From: Leptolyngbyaceae cyanobacterium
GTDB lineage: Bacteria; Cyanobacteriota; Cyanobacteriia; Phormidesmidales; Phormidesmidaceae
Assembly (NCBI GenBank): GCA_965263355.1
Contig: CBDHHL010000032.1
Coordinates: 736,001-800,000 of the forward strand
Direction: 5' to 3'
DNA: 64,000 bases
In this document: positions 1-9,837 of the stretch, piece by piece
Layout of the letters: each line of letters starts with the position of its first letter
How positions within the stretch are numbered: position 1 is the stretch's first letter
Notes under the pieces: model-generated
What the model saw: only the letters and a program-made list of their open reading frames with translations
Told to the model about the DNA's origin: nothing
Database searches by the model: none
Made by a program: the position numbers and the translations under genes

Positions 1-772
1 CTGGGGCGATTCCCGCCGCTGGATTTTACGTATCCTATTAAAACTTACCGATGAGCAGAAGCTGCGTCGTTCTGCTGACATTGACCTGGCCCTTGATCGA
101 TTAGGTCGCCAGGGTGTGGAAACCTTGCTCAACCAAGAGCTGCAATTTGTTGGTCAACTCTATGCCTGTCTGGTGGACTTTGCCCCCGACAAGGCTCCAG
201 AGGAAACCTTTGATTGGTTACGTCGGGCCATTCAAGACATGAAAACCGATGCTATGGAACGGATGTTGCTGCTAATGCGGTTTCTCTACCCGTCCTCGAC
301 TATTCAAGCTGCAGAGCTTAGTTTAGACGGTCCTGCAGCCAGTCGGGCCAGAGGGTTAGAGATTTTAGATAACACCCTGGATATTCCAGCTAAACGGGCG
401 ATTCTTACCCTCTTTGATCAGTCCAGTGAAACCGCTACCATTGCTGCATTAAGCTCACTGGTTCAATATCAACCGATGAATCCCCAGGAACGTCTGCGTC
501 ATCTGATAGAGCTGAGGCATTTCTTATCAGATTGGGCCTTGGCCTGCTGCTTCCATGTGGCCCGTACTGAACGCTGGAGGATTGGTGCGGACCATGTGAT
601 GGCATCCCTACAAAATCCGGTGGGATTTGTCCGAGAAGCTGTACTGAGCTACCTCGACATGGCCTCACCCAGAGCATTGGGGTCACTATTGCCTTTGATG
701 GAAAAAGATCCAGACCCCTTGGTGGCCGATCAGGTACAAAGGATGATGGCCAAACATGTAGGCGTAAAGTAG
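1..772 (+). CDS. HEAT-repeat protein, 3' part (probably the C-terminus of the cyanobacterial MFS/NTT-HEAT protein); 5'-truncated by the window edge
   Basis: Frame is open from base 2 (WGDSRRWILRILLKL...) into ORF 116..772. HEAT-like motifs: RARGLEILDNTL, FVREAVLSYL, DPDPLVADQV. Typical partner cNMP gene follows. Confidence 0.7.
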   Translation, partial: WGDSRRWILRILLKLTDEQKLRRSADIDLALDRLGRQGVETLLNQELQFVGQLYACLVDFAPDKAPEETFDWLRRAIQDMKTDAMERMLLLMRFLYPSSTIQAAELSLDGPAASRARGLEILDNTLDIPAKRAILTLFDQSSETATIAALSSLVQYQPMNPQERLRHLIELRHFLSDWALACCFHVARTERWRIGADHVMASLQNPVGFVREAVLSYLDMASPRALGSLLPLMEKDPDPLVADQVQRMMAKHVGVK

Positions 773-919
773 TTGCATCCACCACAGCAGAGGGGTAAAC
801 TTCCATGACCAAGTGGCGGGAATGCTATATTTGTGCATCGACGGCGTCAACTATATGGTTTTTAGCGCCTGATTAACCACCTACTGTTCTAAGCCAAACT
901 GTTCTGAGTCAGGTTTACT

Positions 920-1534
920 ATGCTCACCAGCGTTGACCGTTTACTATTTGTGCGTGCTGTGCCAATCTTTACGGAACTGCGGGACGATTTTCTGGTGCGG
1001 TTAGCATCGATTATGGATGAGTTGTCATTTCCCGCTAACCATCGGATTTTTAGGGAAGGGGAGGAAGGACGCTCTCTCTACATCGTTGTATCAGGACGGG
1101 TACGGGTACATTTGCGATCGCAAGATCTAACGGTCCTAGAAAAGGGCACATGTTTTGGTGAAATGTCTCTCTTTGATGCCGAGCCGCGTTCAGCGTCGGT
1201 CACGACCATCAATGCTTGCGATTGTCTAGTCCTCACCCAGCAGCAACTCTATGAGGCCATTGACGAAACCCCCGGCATAGCTGTCAACATTATCAAACTG
1301 TTGTCCCGTCGCATCCGCGAAATTAATAAGGAGCGTAATCGACATCCCTCGAACCAGGGCACCAAAATTTCACCTATTTTGCAAGATGCCTTGCAAGAGG
1401 TTCCTAGTCCTGAATCGAGCCGTACCGTTCCCCCTTCTATATCTACCAATGTTCCCAAGACGTCAAAACAATCGTCAACGGTGCGACAGCGGCCTCAGGT
1501 AAAAACTCGCTATGAAAGCCCATGGCCCTATTAA
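920..1534 (+). CDS. cyclic nucleotide-binding (cNMP) domain protein
   Basis: IFREGEEGRSLYIVVSGRVRV...FGEMSLFDAEPRSASV cNMP signature. Ser/Thr/Pro-rich tail and no HTH. Confidence 0.9.
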   Translation: MLTSVDRLLFVRAVPIFTELRDDFLVRLASIMDELSFPANHRIFREGEEGRSLYIVVSGRVRVHLRSQDLTVLEKGTCFGEMSLFDAEPRSASVTTINACDCLVLTQQQLYEAIDETPGIAVNIIKLLSRRIREINKERNRHPSNQGTKISPILQDALQEVPSPESSRTVPPSISTNVPKTSKQSSTVRQRPQVKTRYESPWPY

Positions 1535-2169
1535 GTAAGTGGAGTAAATGGCTGCGATTTGGGGGAATTGCGATCGCAACCATTCTAACTATTGGGCTTA
1601 TTCAACACTATGGCATTAGCCAACTACGGGCCAATGTTGAAAACTTTGGCATCTGGGCCCCCTTAGCCATATTTTTTCTACGCTTTACCAGCGTTGTCAT
1701 TCCGGCTCTACCAGGCACCGCTTATTCTGTTTTAGCAGGAGGCCTTTTAGGGTTTTCCCAAGGGCTAATTGTTATTTGTCTTGCCGATCTGTGCTCCTGT
1801 AGCATTAGCTTTTCTCTATCACGACAGTTTGGTCGTAGCTTTGTTCAACGGTTAGTCGGCGAGACGTTTATCACCCGTGTTGATACCCTCAGTCAAAGGC
1901 ATTTGGAACGCAACTTTTTTCTGATGACAGCCTTTTTAATGACAGGCTTCTTTGATTTTGTTGCCTACGGTGTTGGTCTGACCAAGGCATCCTGGCTAAG
2001 TTTTATACCAGCCCTCATACTTAGCATTGTTATTTCTAACCCACCCATCGTCGCCCTGGGATCCGGCTTGTTAGAGGGTGGCAAACTATTGTTAGTCTTT
2101 GCCATTTTAGGAGCGTTTGCCTTAGCCCTCTTAACTGGCTTTTTACAACGCAACCAGCCAATCGCCTAA
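1522..2169 (+). CDS. TVP38/TMEM64 (DedA/VTT) family membrane protein
   Basis: Hydrophobic. IPALPGTAYSVLAGGLLG, F.LSRQFGR and FDFVAYGVGLT motifs. Confidence 0.85.
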   Translation: MALLSKWSKWLRFGGIAIATILTIGLIQHYGISQLRANVENFGIWAPLAIFFLRFTSVVIPALPGTAYSVLAGGLLGFSQGLIVICLADLCSCSISFSLSRQFGRSFVQRLVGETFITRVDTLSQRHLERNFFLMTAFLMTGFFDFVAYGVGLTKASWLSFIPALILSIVISNPPIVALGSGLLEGGKLLLVFAILGAFALALLTGFLQRNQPIA

Positions 2170-2275
2170 GCAATACAAATCCGAATTCATTGACTCGCAG
2201 GGCTGGCACAGGGCACAGACCCTACAATATGGTTTATTCGGAATCGGCTTCAAGCCATTAGGATTTGGTATAACG

Positions 2276-3394
2276 TCAGTTCACTGACATTGACTGGCGA
2301 CTCCACTGTTGTCTCATGCGACTACTTAAATGGGCCTGTTGCATAGGAGAACCCGCCAGTAAAACAGTGACTTTACCTGCCTGAATAGGTCCCCAGTTGA
2401 CTAAGACAACGCCTGTTTTAGTCACTGGATCAAACTCCAAACCGTCTAGGTCTAGCTCTGCCAGCTGTCGATAATCTGTGTGCAAGGTTTCACTACACCA
2501 GCTAGGAACTCCCAACCGTTCAGCAATCTCTGTCGGATATGACGAACCGTTATAGCGTGGATTACACTCAATCGCTAAGTAAGTTGCCCCAGCGGTCCCA
2601 TCGATAACCGCCACATCAAAACCAAAGGTCCCCTTCATACCATTCTCAAACATCCACTGAGCCATGGGTTCTACCACATGCCAGGGTTGATGCAATGTGG
2701 GATAGCGATTACCACCATGGACACAACCATCCAAGATTTGTTCAGAGACCAATGAACGAGTCACACCCTGGGAAGTAACCCGATACTGAAGATTTAGAAA
2801 AGCCGATGCTTGTATTTCTGCTTGTACCTGGAAAGGCTTATCCTCAGGAAACTGCTCTACAGCATTCAACAGATCCGCTGAATTTTCACACCGAAAGATG
2901 CCCACACCATGATCTGAAACAGCCAGCTTTACATAACAAGGATAAGAAAAGGCCTCCAGATTTCCCAACTTGGCACGATCCGCAAAACATTCAGTGGCTG
3001 GAATCGGCACACCAAGCCGATGGGCCAACTCGACAAAGTTGTTCTTAGAATTCATGTATTCAACAACCCTGTACCAGCTACCATCCAACCATCGCAACAG
3101 TTTTGCACAACGTTTGTCATGTTCAAACGCGTGACCAAAGAAATAGACTGAAACTTCATCAGGAGAATGTTGAGCTAATGCTTCAAGATCAACATTCCAG
3201 ACAATATTATGACTATGCTCTAAACCAATGCGAGCATAATGTTCTCTCAAGCATGGCCAATCTAGCGCCAGATCTGGGTGGAGCTGAACCCTATCCCCTG
3301 GAGAACTTAATCCTACAGCTCTTCCCGAGAAAAGATGAATTCCCTTATTACTATCCAGGGTACTCATCATAATGTCATGGTTAAAGATCTTCAT
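2276..3394 (-). CDS. ATP-grasp fold ligase (Pgm1-like peptide/amide ligase)
   Basis: NSKNNF..LA..LGVPIP, YPCYVKLAVSDHGVG, FGFDVAV and IECNPRYNGSSY ATP-grasp motifs. C-terminal FDPVTKTGVVL. Confidence 0.75.
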   Translation of the reverse strand: MKIFNHDIMMSTLDSNKGIHLFSGRAVGLSSPGDRVQLHPDLALDWPCLREHYARIGLEHSHNIVWNVDLEALAQHSPDEVSVYFFGHAFEHDKRCAKLLRWLDGSWYRVVEYMNSKNNFVELAHRLGVPIPATECFADRAKLGNLEAFSYPCYVKLAVSDHGVGIFRCENSADLLNAVEQFPEDKPFQVQAEIQASAFLNLQYRVTSQGVTRSLVSEQILDGCVHGGNRYPTLHQPWHVVEPMAQWMFENGMKGTFGFDVAVIDGTAGATYLAIECNPRYNGSSYPTEIAERLGVPSWCSETLHTDYRQLAELDLDGLEFDPVTKTGVVLVNWGPIQAGKVTVLLAGSPMQQAHLSSRMRQQWSRQSMSVN

Positions 3395-3862
3395 TGGTAA
3401 AATTCTCAGAGCGATAGTGAACCAAAAAACTAACGGTACAACCGTAATGATTATTCGCCCACCTGTTTCTCAGGCGTCTAATCAAAAAAATGAACGGACA
3501 GGAGACACCGAACCCTATCCAAGAGAAAGGATGAAGTATACTGCAACACTAATGCAATATCGAAACATTAAATCTTTTGGAGTTTTCAATACCTCCTTGT
3601 GATCAAATCTCTCTCATCATTCAGTCTTTTATTAATCGATAAAGCCTAGCCAAATAGGGACACTCAATCAGAAAACAACTTCCTAGTATCCTGACAGTAG
3701 CGCAGCTAAACCAGAATCAACTAGCGCCTAACGTCTTGATTTCATAACAAAAATTAATCAAGCTGCAAAGTACTACACCATTCTGGTTGTACAACTCCTG
3801 TACACTTATCGAAAAGTTAAAGACATTTCTTCATGGATATTTAGGTAAAGTACGGCAGGGTA

Positions 3863-4189
3863 TTACCTGACCTGTAGTTCTGATGTTACGGACGGGGATT
3901 GAACTGACATATGCACAGTTAATCCAACCTTAGTCAGTAACTGAATCAGATCTTCCACTGAAAATCGACTGATTTCACCATTTATAAGATTTTGCATCCG
4001 AGGAGAAGACTGGCGAAATGTCCGAGCAGCCTCATCTAGCGTCCACTGTCGTTGCTGAATATATCGTCGCAGGGCAAGCATCAGCTCTGTTCTAATACGC
4101 AAGCTTTCCAGCTCAGCGATTTCCAGATCTAAGGTGGCAGGCTCGAACGGAGAAAGGCCTACCAAATCTAAGTTTTGAAGCGTGTTCAT
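3863..4189 (-). CDS. XRE/HigA2-like helix-turn-helix protein
   Basis: ELMLALRRYIQQRQWTLDEAA...PRMQNLINGEISRFSVEDLIQLL is typical of HigA2-like HTH antitoxins. Confidence 0.8.
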   Translation of the reverse strand: MNTLQNLDLVGLSPFEPATLDLEIAELESLRIRTELMLALRRYIQQRQWTLDEAARTFRQSSPRMQNLINGEISRFSVEDLIQLLTKVGLTVHMSVQSPSVTSELQVR

Positions 4190-4329
4190 AGTAGTTAGTT
4201 CTTAAGTATGCTGACGTCAGCCACTACATTATGGGATAATTTTGTAGCGAAGGTAACCAAATTATAGATGCATCCTACTATGTGCATGCAATAATTAAAC
4301 GTTTTAGTTATTATAAATTTCGTGAATTT

Positions 4330-5259
4330 ATGTTAGACAGTTTTTCTCTCATTATCCATGGTGGTGCAGGCGCTTTGGAACAGATTAAGCGTGAGGGAAA
4401 TGAAGCAGAATTTATGTACAGTATTCGCTGCATCTTAGACAGTGGTCGTCATATCCTTTCAACTGGTGGCAGTGCTTTGGACGCAGTTGAACATTGTGCA
4501 GCTCAACTAGAGGATGATCCACTTTATAATGCAGGTCGTGGTTCCGTTCTCAATGAGTATGGTGAAGTAGAAATGGACGCTGCCATCATGGATGGGAGAA
4601 CATTGCAGGCGGGGGCTGTTGCTGGCATCACCTCAATTAAAAATCCAACGGTATTAGCTCGCCAGGTACTCGAAAAAAGTGAACACGTTATGCTCATTGG
4701 CAAGGGTGCCAGAGAGTTCGCTAAGTTTTGTGGACTCCCCCGCATGGCCGATGACTACTTTGTGGTCGATGCCCGTGTACGTCAATGGCGTGAGGCCCAA
4801 AAGATGGGGGGCATGATGTTAGATCATGAAGCCGCTAAACCGAGCCAAAAGCTGGGTACCATCGGTGCCGTCGCCCAAGATTGCCATGGGAACTTGGCTG
4901 CTGCCACGTCTACAGGGGGAATTGTCAACAAGCGTTGGGGACGTGTGGGGGACAGCCCCATTATTGGGGCAGGGGTTTTTGCTGACAATGAAACCTGCGC
5001 CGTCTCCGCCACAGGCTATGGGGAGCAATTTCAACGAACGGTTCTGTGCAAGATGATCGCAGATTTTGTTTATTTTCAAAATTTAGATGCCCAGGCGGCT
5101 GCCTTGGCTGGCATTGATTACTTAGTTAAAAAAGTACAGGGGCTAGGGGGAGTTATTGTAATTGATCGCCATGGCAAGTGTGCCGTTGGCCATTCTACAT
5201 CGGGGATGATTTACGGCTGGATTGAACAAGGTGGCGAGACTTTATGCCGGTTGGCGTAA
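4330..5259 (+). CDS. iaaA: isoaspartyl peptidase/L-asparaginase (Ntn hydrolase)
   Basis: IIHGGAG, LEDDPLYNAGRGS, GTIGAVA (Thr nucleophile), AATSTGG, GRVGDSP, SATGYGE. ATG at 4330 is preferred over 4282. Confidence 0.92.
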   Translation: MLDSFSLIIHGGAGALEQIKREGNEAEFMYSIRCILDSGRHILSTGGSALDAVEHCAAQLEDDPLYNAGRGSVLNEYGEVEMDAAIMDGRTLQAGAVAGITSIKNPTVLARQVLEKSEHVMLIGKGAREFAKFCGLPRMADDYFVVDARVRQWREAQKMGGMMLDHEAAKPSQKLGTIGAVAQDCHGNLAAATSTGGIVNKRWGRVGDSPIIGAGVFADNETCAVSATGYGEQFQRTVLCKMIADFVYFQNLDAQAAALAGIDYLVKKVQGLGGVIVIDRHGKCAVGHSTSGMIYGWIEQGGETLCRLA

Positions 5260-5281
5260 AGCAAATTGCACCCTAAATTGA

Positions 5282-5521
5282 TTAGCTCGGACTCTTTTGA
5301 GTTTGCTTGGAGCTATCCTCCGTCTGAGGTATGGAAACATGTATTTTATTGGCATCCACAATAATTCCAAAACCATTACAGTGCTGGCAAGGACCTCCGT
5401 CTCCTCCACATACTGGACATAGACCTTCGTGGGCAAGGGATTCATTCAATAAACGTCCACCTATAAGCATAACGAGGCCAACTGTCGTTGCGATCGCTAA
5501 AATAATCCACATGGTAAACAT
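5282..5521 (-). CDS. small membrane-anchored protein with DnaJ-type zinc-finger (CxxCxGxG) repeats
   Basis: N-terminal TM helix, then CPVCGGDG and CQHCNGFG. Confidence 0.55.
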   Translation of the reverse strand: MFTMWIILAIATTVGLVMLIGGRLLNESLAHEGLCPVCGGDGGPCQHCNGFGIIVDANKIHVSIPQTEDSSKQTQKSPS

Positions 5522-5663
5522 CACCCAACCTTTGAGATTGCCCTAAGTATAACCAATGGATAGTTTAAGAATTTTTGAGCAAGACACTTTTAATCAACGT
5601 CCACACTAAAATTCGGCAATTCTTTGCTAGCGTCAGCAATAAATCACTACAGGCAAATAACAG

Positions 5664-7916
5664 CTATTTTTCTTGTAACTGCCAGGAGCCATCCCAATCG
5701 CTTGCAGGAGGATGTTTCTGTAGCGTTTGGCAACGTTCCAGGTATAGGCGAGTCGCCTGATCGTCTGGTGTTTGACGTAGCAGTTGCATAAATGTGTCAA
5801 TGGCAAGGTTAAATTTACGCTGTTGGTAGAAGCTGCGGCCTTTTCCATACAGGGTAATTTGTTCTTGTTGGGCAGGGCTGAGGGGCTGCGATCGCAACCC
5901 CAATACCTCATACAAATACACGGGCTGCCGTTTACCTCGCACACACACATAGTCCAGTTCTCTGACCCAAATGATGTCCTTACAGTGTTTGTAGGTGTTC
6001 TCGCTAATGAGAATCGAACAGCCATAGAACTTAGTGGCGCTCTCAATGCGAGAGGTCAAGTTAACACCGTCGCCAATGGCCGTAAACTCCATGCGTTTAC
6101 TAGAGCCAATATTGCCCGTAATCACATCGTCAGAATTAATCCCAATGCCAATTTGAACCGTGGACATTCCCTGGCTTTGTTGTCGTTGGTTAAAGTAAGT
6201 CAGCTGTTGCTGCATGCCCAGAGCCGTCTCCACAGCCCTCTGAGCATGATCCTCCTGGGGAATCGGCGAACCAAACACCGCCATAATGGCATCGCCAATA
6301 AATTTATCTAAGGTACCTCGATGGGCAAAAATCACATCCACCATGGCTTCAAAGTAGCGGTTGAGCAATACCACCACCTCTTCAGGAGAAAGCTCTTCTG
6401 TCAGTGTGGTGTAGCTGCGAATATCAGCAAACAGAATCGAAACATATTGTCGAGCACCGCCTAACGTCGTATTTTTACTATGCAGCAATTGTTCAGCCAG
6501 ATCCTGGCTCAAATAGCGGTACATGGTAGACCGCAACGCTTCTGTTTCTCGCAGAGCGGCCTCTGTCCGTTTGCGTTCAGTAATGTCCTGCACCGTACCT
6601 GTAATCCGCCCTGGCTCAATATGTACATGTTCATTGACCATACGTTCTGTGCCATCGGGTAAGCGCAATCGATAGTCTAGACGATAGGGCTTTTGGTGAG
6701 CCTGGGCCATATTCCAGGCCAACCCAACTCGACGCTGATCCTCTGGGTGCACCCGTTCTAGAAACAGGGATTGGCTAGGGGGGACTGAACCTATGGGATA
6801 CCCCAACAGGGTGTAAAGTTCATTAGACCAGATCAAGAAATTGTTATCTGGTAAGAGAGTATTCTCACCTGTGTTTGCTGTGGCAATATTGATGGTTTTA
6901 TCGAGCGCTTTTGCATTCACACCAATACTCCAGTCCCAGTTACCAAGCTGGGCAATGCGCTGGGCATTGGCTAAACTGGCTTCACTACGGGCCAGTTTTG
7001 CTCTACTTTGTTGTCGTTCTGTAACCACGACCGATAAGACTAAAGCGGTCACACTAATTACAGCAGCATAGGCTTGAAGCAACAATATGGCCTCAGTCAG
7101 ATTGCCTGCGGCTTTGGTGATAAAGGGACCACCTCGATGAACTGCCCCCGTCAAAGCAATCACGGACACCAGAAAACTGGCCAGGGTGGTACCACGAAGT
7201 CCTAGTCTCAAAGCTGACCAAACGACGAAGGGGAAAGGGAGATATTCTAAAGGATATTTTGCGATCGCACTATCCGTATGGGCACCAAATACCATGGCAC
7301 TGATGATTACCAGCATGCTCAGGCACAAACCCAGCTCCCAGCGTGAACCGATGCGCAATGACATCTGTCGTTGTCGTCCAGCGGCAAACGACAGCAAAAG
7401 CGGCGTCAACACTAAAATACCCATGCTATCTCCGAGCCAGATAACGATGGCATTGGACAACAACTGCGGCCTCGTCAAAACCCCAAATCCATACCCCACC
7501 AAAGTACTGTAAACAGCGTTAATGCTCGGCGTGAGCAACACCCCCAGACCGACAAACATCAATAGATCATCGAGTTGCCAATCGTATAACTGTAAACTCC
7601 GTTCCCAGCGACGCCGAAGAATATAACTGCCGACCAACGCCTGTAGGGCATTCCCAAAGCACAGTGCCAAGGACATTACCCAGGGGGCATTGTCAGCTAA
7701 TGAGGCCCAAAATGCGCCCAGGGCTACACCAACCCAAAGGTTTTGACCATTGAGCAAAAGCGCGGCCAGAGCGATCCCAGCCGGTGGCCACAGGGGTGAG
7801 GCAGCGGCTTCTATATCCAGTGCAGTGGTCGATAGCTGGGCAACGAGAAAAAAACAAACGGCCAGACTGCCAACACGCATCCAATAACTGGTGCGCCATT
7901 GATGCTGATTTACCAT
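5664..7916 (-). CDS. class III adenylate/guanylate cyclase with MASE1 and PAS domains
   Basis: MASE1 (SPLWPPAGIALA, WLGDSMGIL), PAS (IWSNELY...VHPEDQ...GTVQDITERK), cyclase (FADIRSYT, DKFIGDAIMAVFG, IGDGVNLTSRIE). Confidence 0.93.
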   Translation of the reverse strand: MVNQHQWRTSYWMRVGSLAVCFFLVAQLSTTALDIEAAASPLWPPAGIALAALLLNGQNLWVGVALGAFWASLADNAPWVMSLALCFGNALQALVGSYILRRRWERSLQLYDWQLDDLLMFVGLGVLLTPSINAVYSTLVGYGFGVLTRPQLLSNAIVIWLGDSMGILVLTPLLLSFAAGRQRQMSLRIGSRWELGLCLSMLVIISAMVFGAHTDSAIAKYPLEYLPFPFVVWSALRLGLRGTTLASFLVSVIALTGAVHRGGPFITKAAGNLTEAILLLQAYAAVISVTALVLSVVVTERQQSRAKLARSEASLANAQRIAQLGNWDWSIGVNAKALDKTINIATANTGENTLLPDNNFLIWSNELYTLLGYPIGSVPPSQSLFLERVHPEDQRRVGLAWNMAQAHQKPYRLDYRLRLPDGTERMVNEHVHIEPGRITGTVQDITERKRTEAALRETEALRSTMYRYLSQDLAEQLLHSKNTTLGGARQYVSILFADIRSYTTLTEELSPEEVVVLLNRYFEAMVDVIFAHRGTLDKFIGDAIMAVFGSPIPQEDHAQRAVETALGMQQQLTYFNQRQQSQGMSTVQIGIGINSDDVITGNIGSSKRMEFTAIGDGVNLTSRIESATKFYGCSILISENTYKHCKDIIWVRELDYVCVRGKRQPVYLYEVLGLRSQPLSPAQQEQITLYGKGRSFYQQRKFNLAIDTFMQLLRQTPDDQATRLYLERCQTLQKHPPASDWDGSWQLQEK

Positions 7917-8056
7917 TACTCGGTAGATGTCATGATTTCATGCAGCCCTGGAACTAAATGATAGCGCCAATAATCCCCTGAGAAAATCGTAGATGGGTAA
8001 GGACAGAATACCCAAAATTGATTTTGGGAGTGGACACTAATTAATCCACTAATAGT

Positions 8057-8112
8057 GTGTCAAGATTCAATATTCATGACTCACCGCCGATCTTCTAATT
8101 TAAGCTTGACAC
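8057..8112. repeat. short inverted-repeat-bounded element (GTGTCAAG...CTTGACAC); related partial copy at 34901..34948
   Basis: Terminal 8-bp IR. Internal ATTCAyGACTCA..CCGCC..TTTAAGCTTGAC is shared with 34901..34948. Confidence 0.5.
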
Positions 8113-8299
8113 GATACCAGTTTTAAGTTTCCAAGTTTAACACCTAACGGTTGTTACTGATTTGAGATGTTTTTAGACAGTTCTGAAACTGTTATGTAAT
8201 GAATCTCATTGAGTCGTAAAGAATACCCATATAAGTAAACGATATCAATCTGCCTAAGCTAGAATTTCATGACCCTTTATTACCCTGAAGAGAGATTTT

Positions 8300-9589
8300 A
8301 TGAGTATGGAATACGGCTTGGGGACCAAGTGTCTACATGCAGGTCAGGAACCGGATCCCACCACAATGGCTCGGGCTGTGCCCATCTATCGCACCAGTTC
8401 CTACACGTTTCGCGACACAGAACATGCCGCCAATTTGTTTGCCCTTAAGGAACTGGGCAACATTTACACGCGGTTGATGAACCCTACCCAGGACGTTCTA
8501 GAAAAGCGGATAGCTGCCATGGAAGGCGGAGCAGCAGCTTTAGCACTCGCGTCTGGGACCAGCGCCATTTTTTACAGTATTATTAATATCTGTCAAGCGG
8601 GTGATGAAATTGTTTCTGCCAACACTCTGTATGGCGGCACCTACACAATGTTCAAGGATATCTTGCCGCAGATTGGCATCACCGTGATTTTTGTTGATCC
8701 TCGTAATCCAGAAAATTTCCGTCCGGCGATTACAGAGCGTACCAAACTGGTGTTCTGTGAAACGGTGAGCAATCCAGGGTTGGAAGTGTCTGATTTAGAT
8801 GCGATCGCAGCCATTGCCCATGACCAAGGATTACCCCTAGTTGTCGATAGTACATTCACCACCCCTTATCTACTACGACCGTTAGAACATGGCGCTGATA
8901 TTGTTGTCCATTCCCTTACCAAATGGCTAGGCGGGCATGGAACAGGCATTGGCGGTATTATGATTGACTCCGGCAAATTTGACTGGGCCTCTGGCAAGTT
9001 TCCCCTGATGAGCGAACCCGATGCCAGTTACCATGGCCTGCGCTTTGCCCATGATCTAGGGCCATTAGCCCCCATTGCTTACACCCTACGGATGCGACTG
9101 GTTCCCCTACGCAATCTAGGAGCCTGCATTTCCCCAGACAATGCTTGGATGTTCCTTCAGGGCATTGAAACCCTACACTTGCGGATGCAACGCCATTGCG
9201 AAAATGCTATGGCCGTTGCCGAGTTTCTACAACAGCATCCAGCAGTAGAATGGGTACGTTATCCTGGGTTGGAAACTGATAAAGCCTATTCTATCGCCCA
9301 ATGTTACTTAAAGAATGGCTTTGGGGCTATGGTTGTCTTTGGCATTAAAGGAGGGGCCGATGCTGGCAAACAGTTTATTGAACGGCTTGAATTGTTTTCT
9401 CACCTGGCCAATGTTGGCGACGCTAAGAGTTTAGCCATCCATCCGTCATCCACTACTCACTCTCAGCTATCAGAAGCCGACCTACAAAGCTCAGGAATTG
9501 CCCCTGAGCTAATCCGTCTAGCCATTGGCATTGAGGATATAGATGACATTATCAATGACCTGAAACAGGCATTAGCTACTGTTTCATAG
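8300..9589 (+). CDS. metY: O-acetylhomoserine aminocarboxypropyltransferase (sulfhydrylase)
   Basis: AVPIYRTSSY, NIYTRLMNPT, HSLTKWLGGHGT (PLP lysine), HLANVGDAKSLAIHPSSTTHSQL. Confidence 0.95.
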   Translation: MSMEYGLGTKCLHAGQEPDPTTMARAVPIYRTSSYTFRDTEHAANLFALKELGNIYTRLMNPTQDVLEKRIAAMEGGAAALALASGTSAIFYSIINICQAGDEIVSANTLYGGTYTMFKDILPQIGITVIFVDPRNPENFRPAITERTKLVFCETVSNPGLEVSDLDAIAAIAHDQGLPLVVDSTFTTPYLLRPLEHGADIVVHSLTKWLGGHGTGIGGIMIDSGKFDWASGKFPLMSEPDASYHGLRFAHDLGPLAPIAYTLRMRLVPLRNLGACISPDNAWMFLQGIETLHLRMQRHCENAMAVAEFLQQHPAVEWVRYPGLETDKAYSIAQCYLKNGFGAMVVFGIKGGADAGKQFIERLELFSHLANVGDAKSLAIHPSSTTHSQLSEADLQSSGIAPELIRLAIGIEDIDDIINDLKQALATVS

Positions 9590-9634
9590 TCAAACAATGA
9601 TCATGGCCAAAAAACTGTTTAGCATTAAAAATTA

Positions 9635-9724
9635 GCCCTTACCCTAAATCTTTCTCCCCTCAGGAGAAGGGCTTTGAGTCTAGCCTCTCTTCTCCTGAGG
9701 GAAAAGAGAGGCTGGGTGATGAAG
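9635..9724. repeat. cyanobacterial dispersed double-hairpin repeat (CCCTAAATC.TTCTCCC..GGAGAAGGG type), degenerate
   Basis: Two hairpins, including the perfect 10-bp IR AGCCTCTCTT(9682-9691)/AAGAGAGGCT(9704-9713), between metY and metX. Confidence 0.55.
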
Positions 9725-9837
9725 ACAAAACCAACGTCCCAACCATTCTTCACCCCCCTCACCTACCAAACAACACACTTCCAAACCAGTCTGCTTAAGA
9801 CACAACACCCCACAACACCCCTGTTTCAAATTTGCTA

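Noticed and set aside
3372..3602. 76-aa plus-strand ORF
   Set aside because: Overlaps the ATP-grasp start head-to-head, lies in an AT-rich promoter region and has no motif.
4244..4281. Possible NtcA promoter for iaaA (GTA-N8-AAC ... TACTAT)
   Set aside because: The right half-site is imperfect and the spacing to the -10-like hexamer is 18 nt rather than about 22.
8113..8299. SAM riboswitch or second Rrf2 box upstream of metY
   Set aside because: No SAM-I core motifs recognised. ATACCC at about 8223 is not followed by a matching palindromic half.
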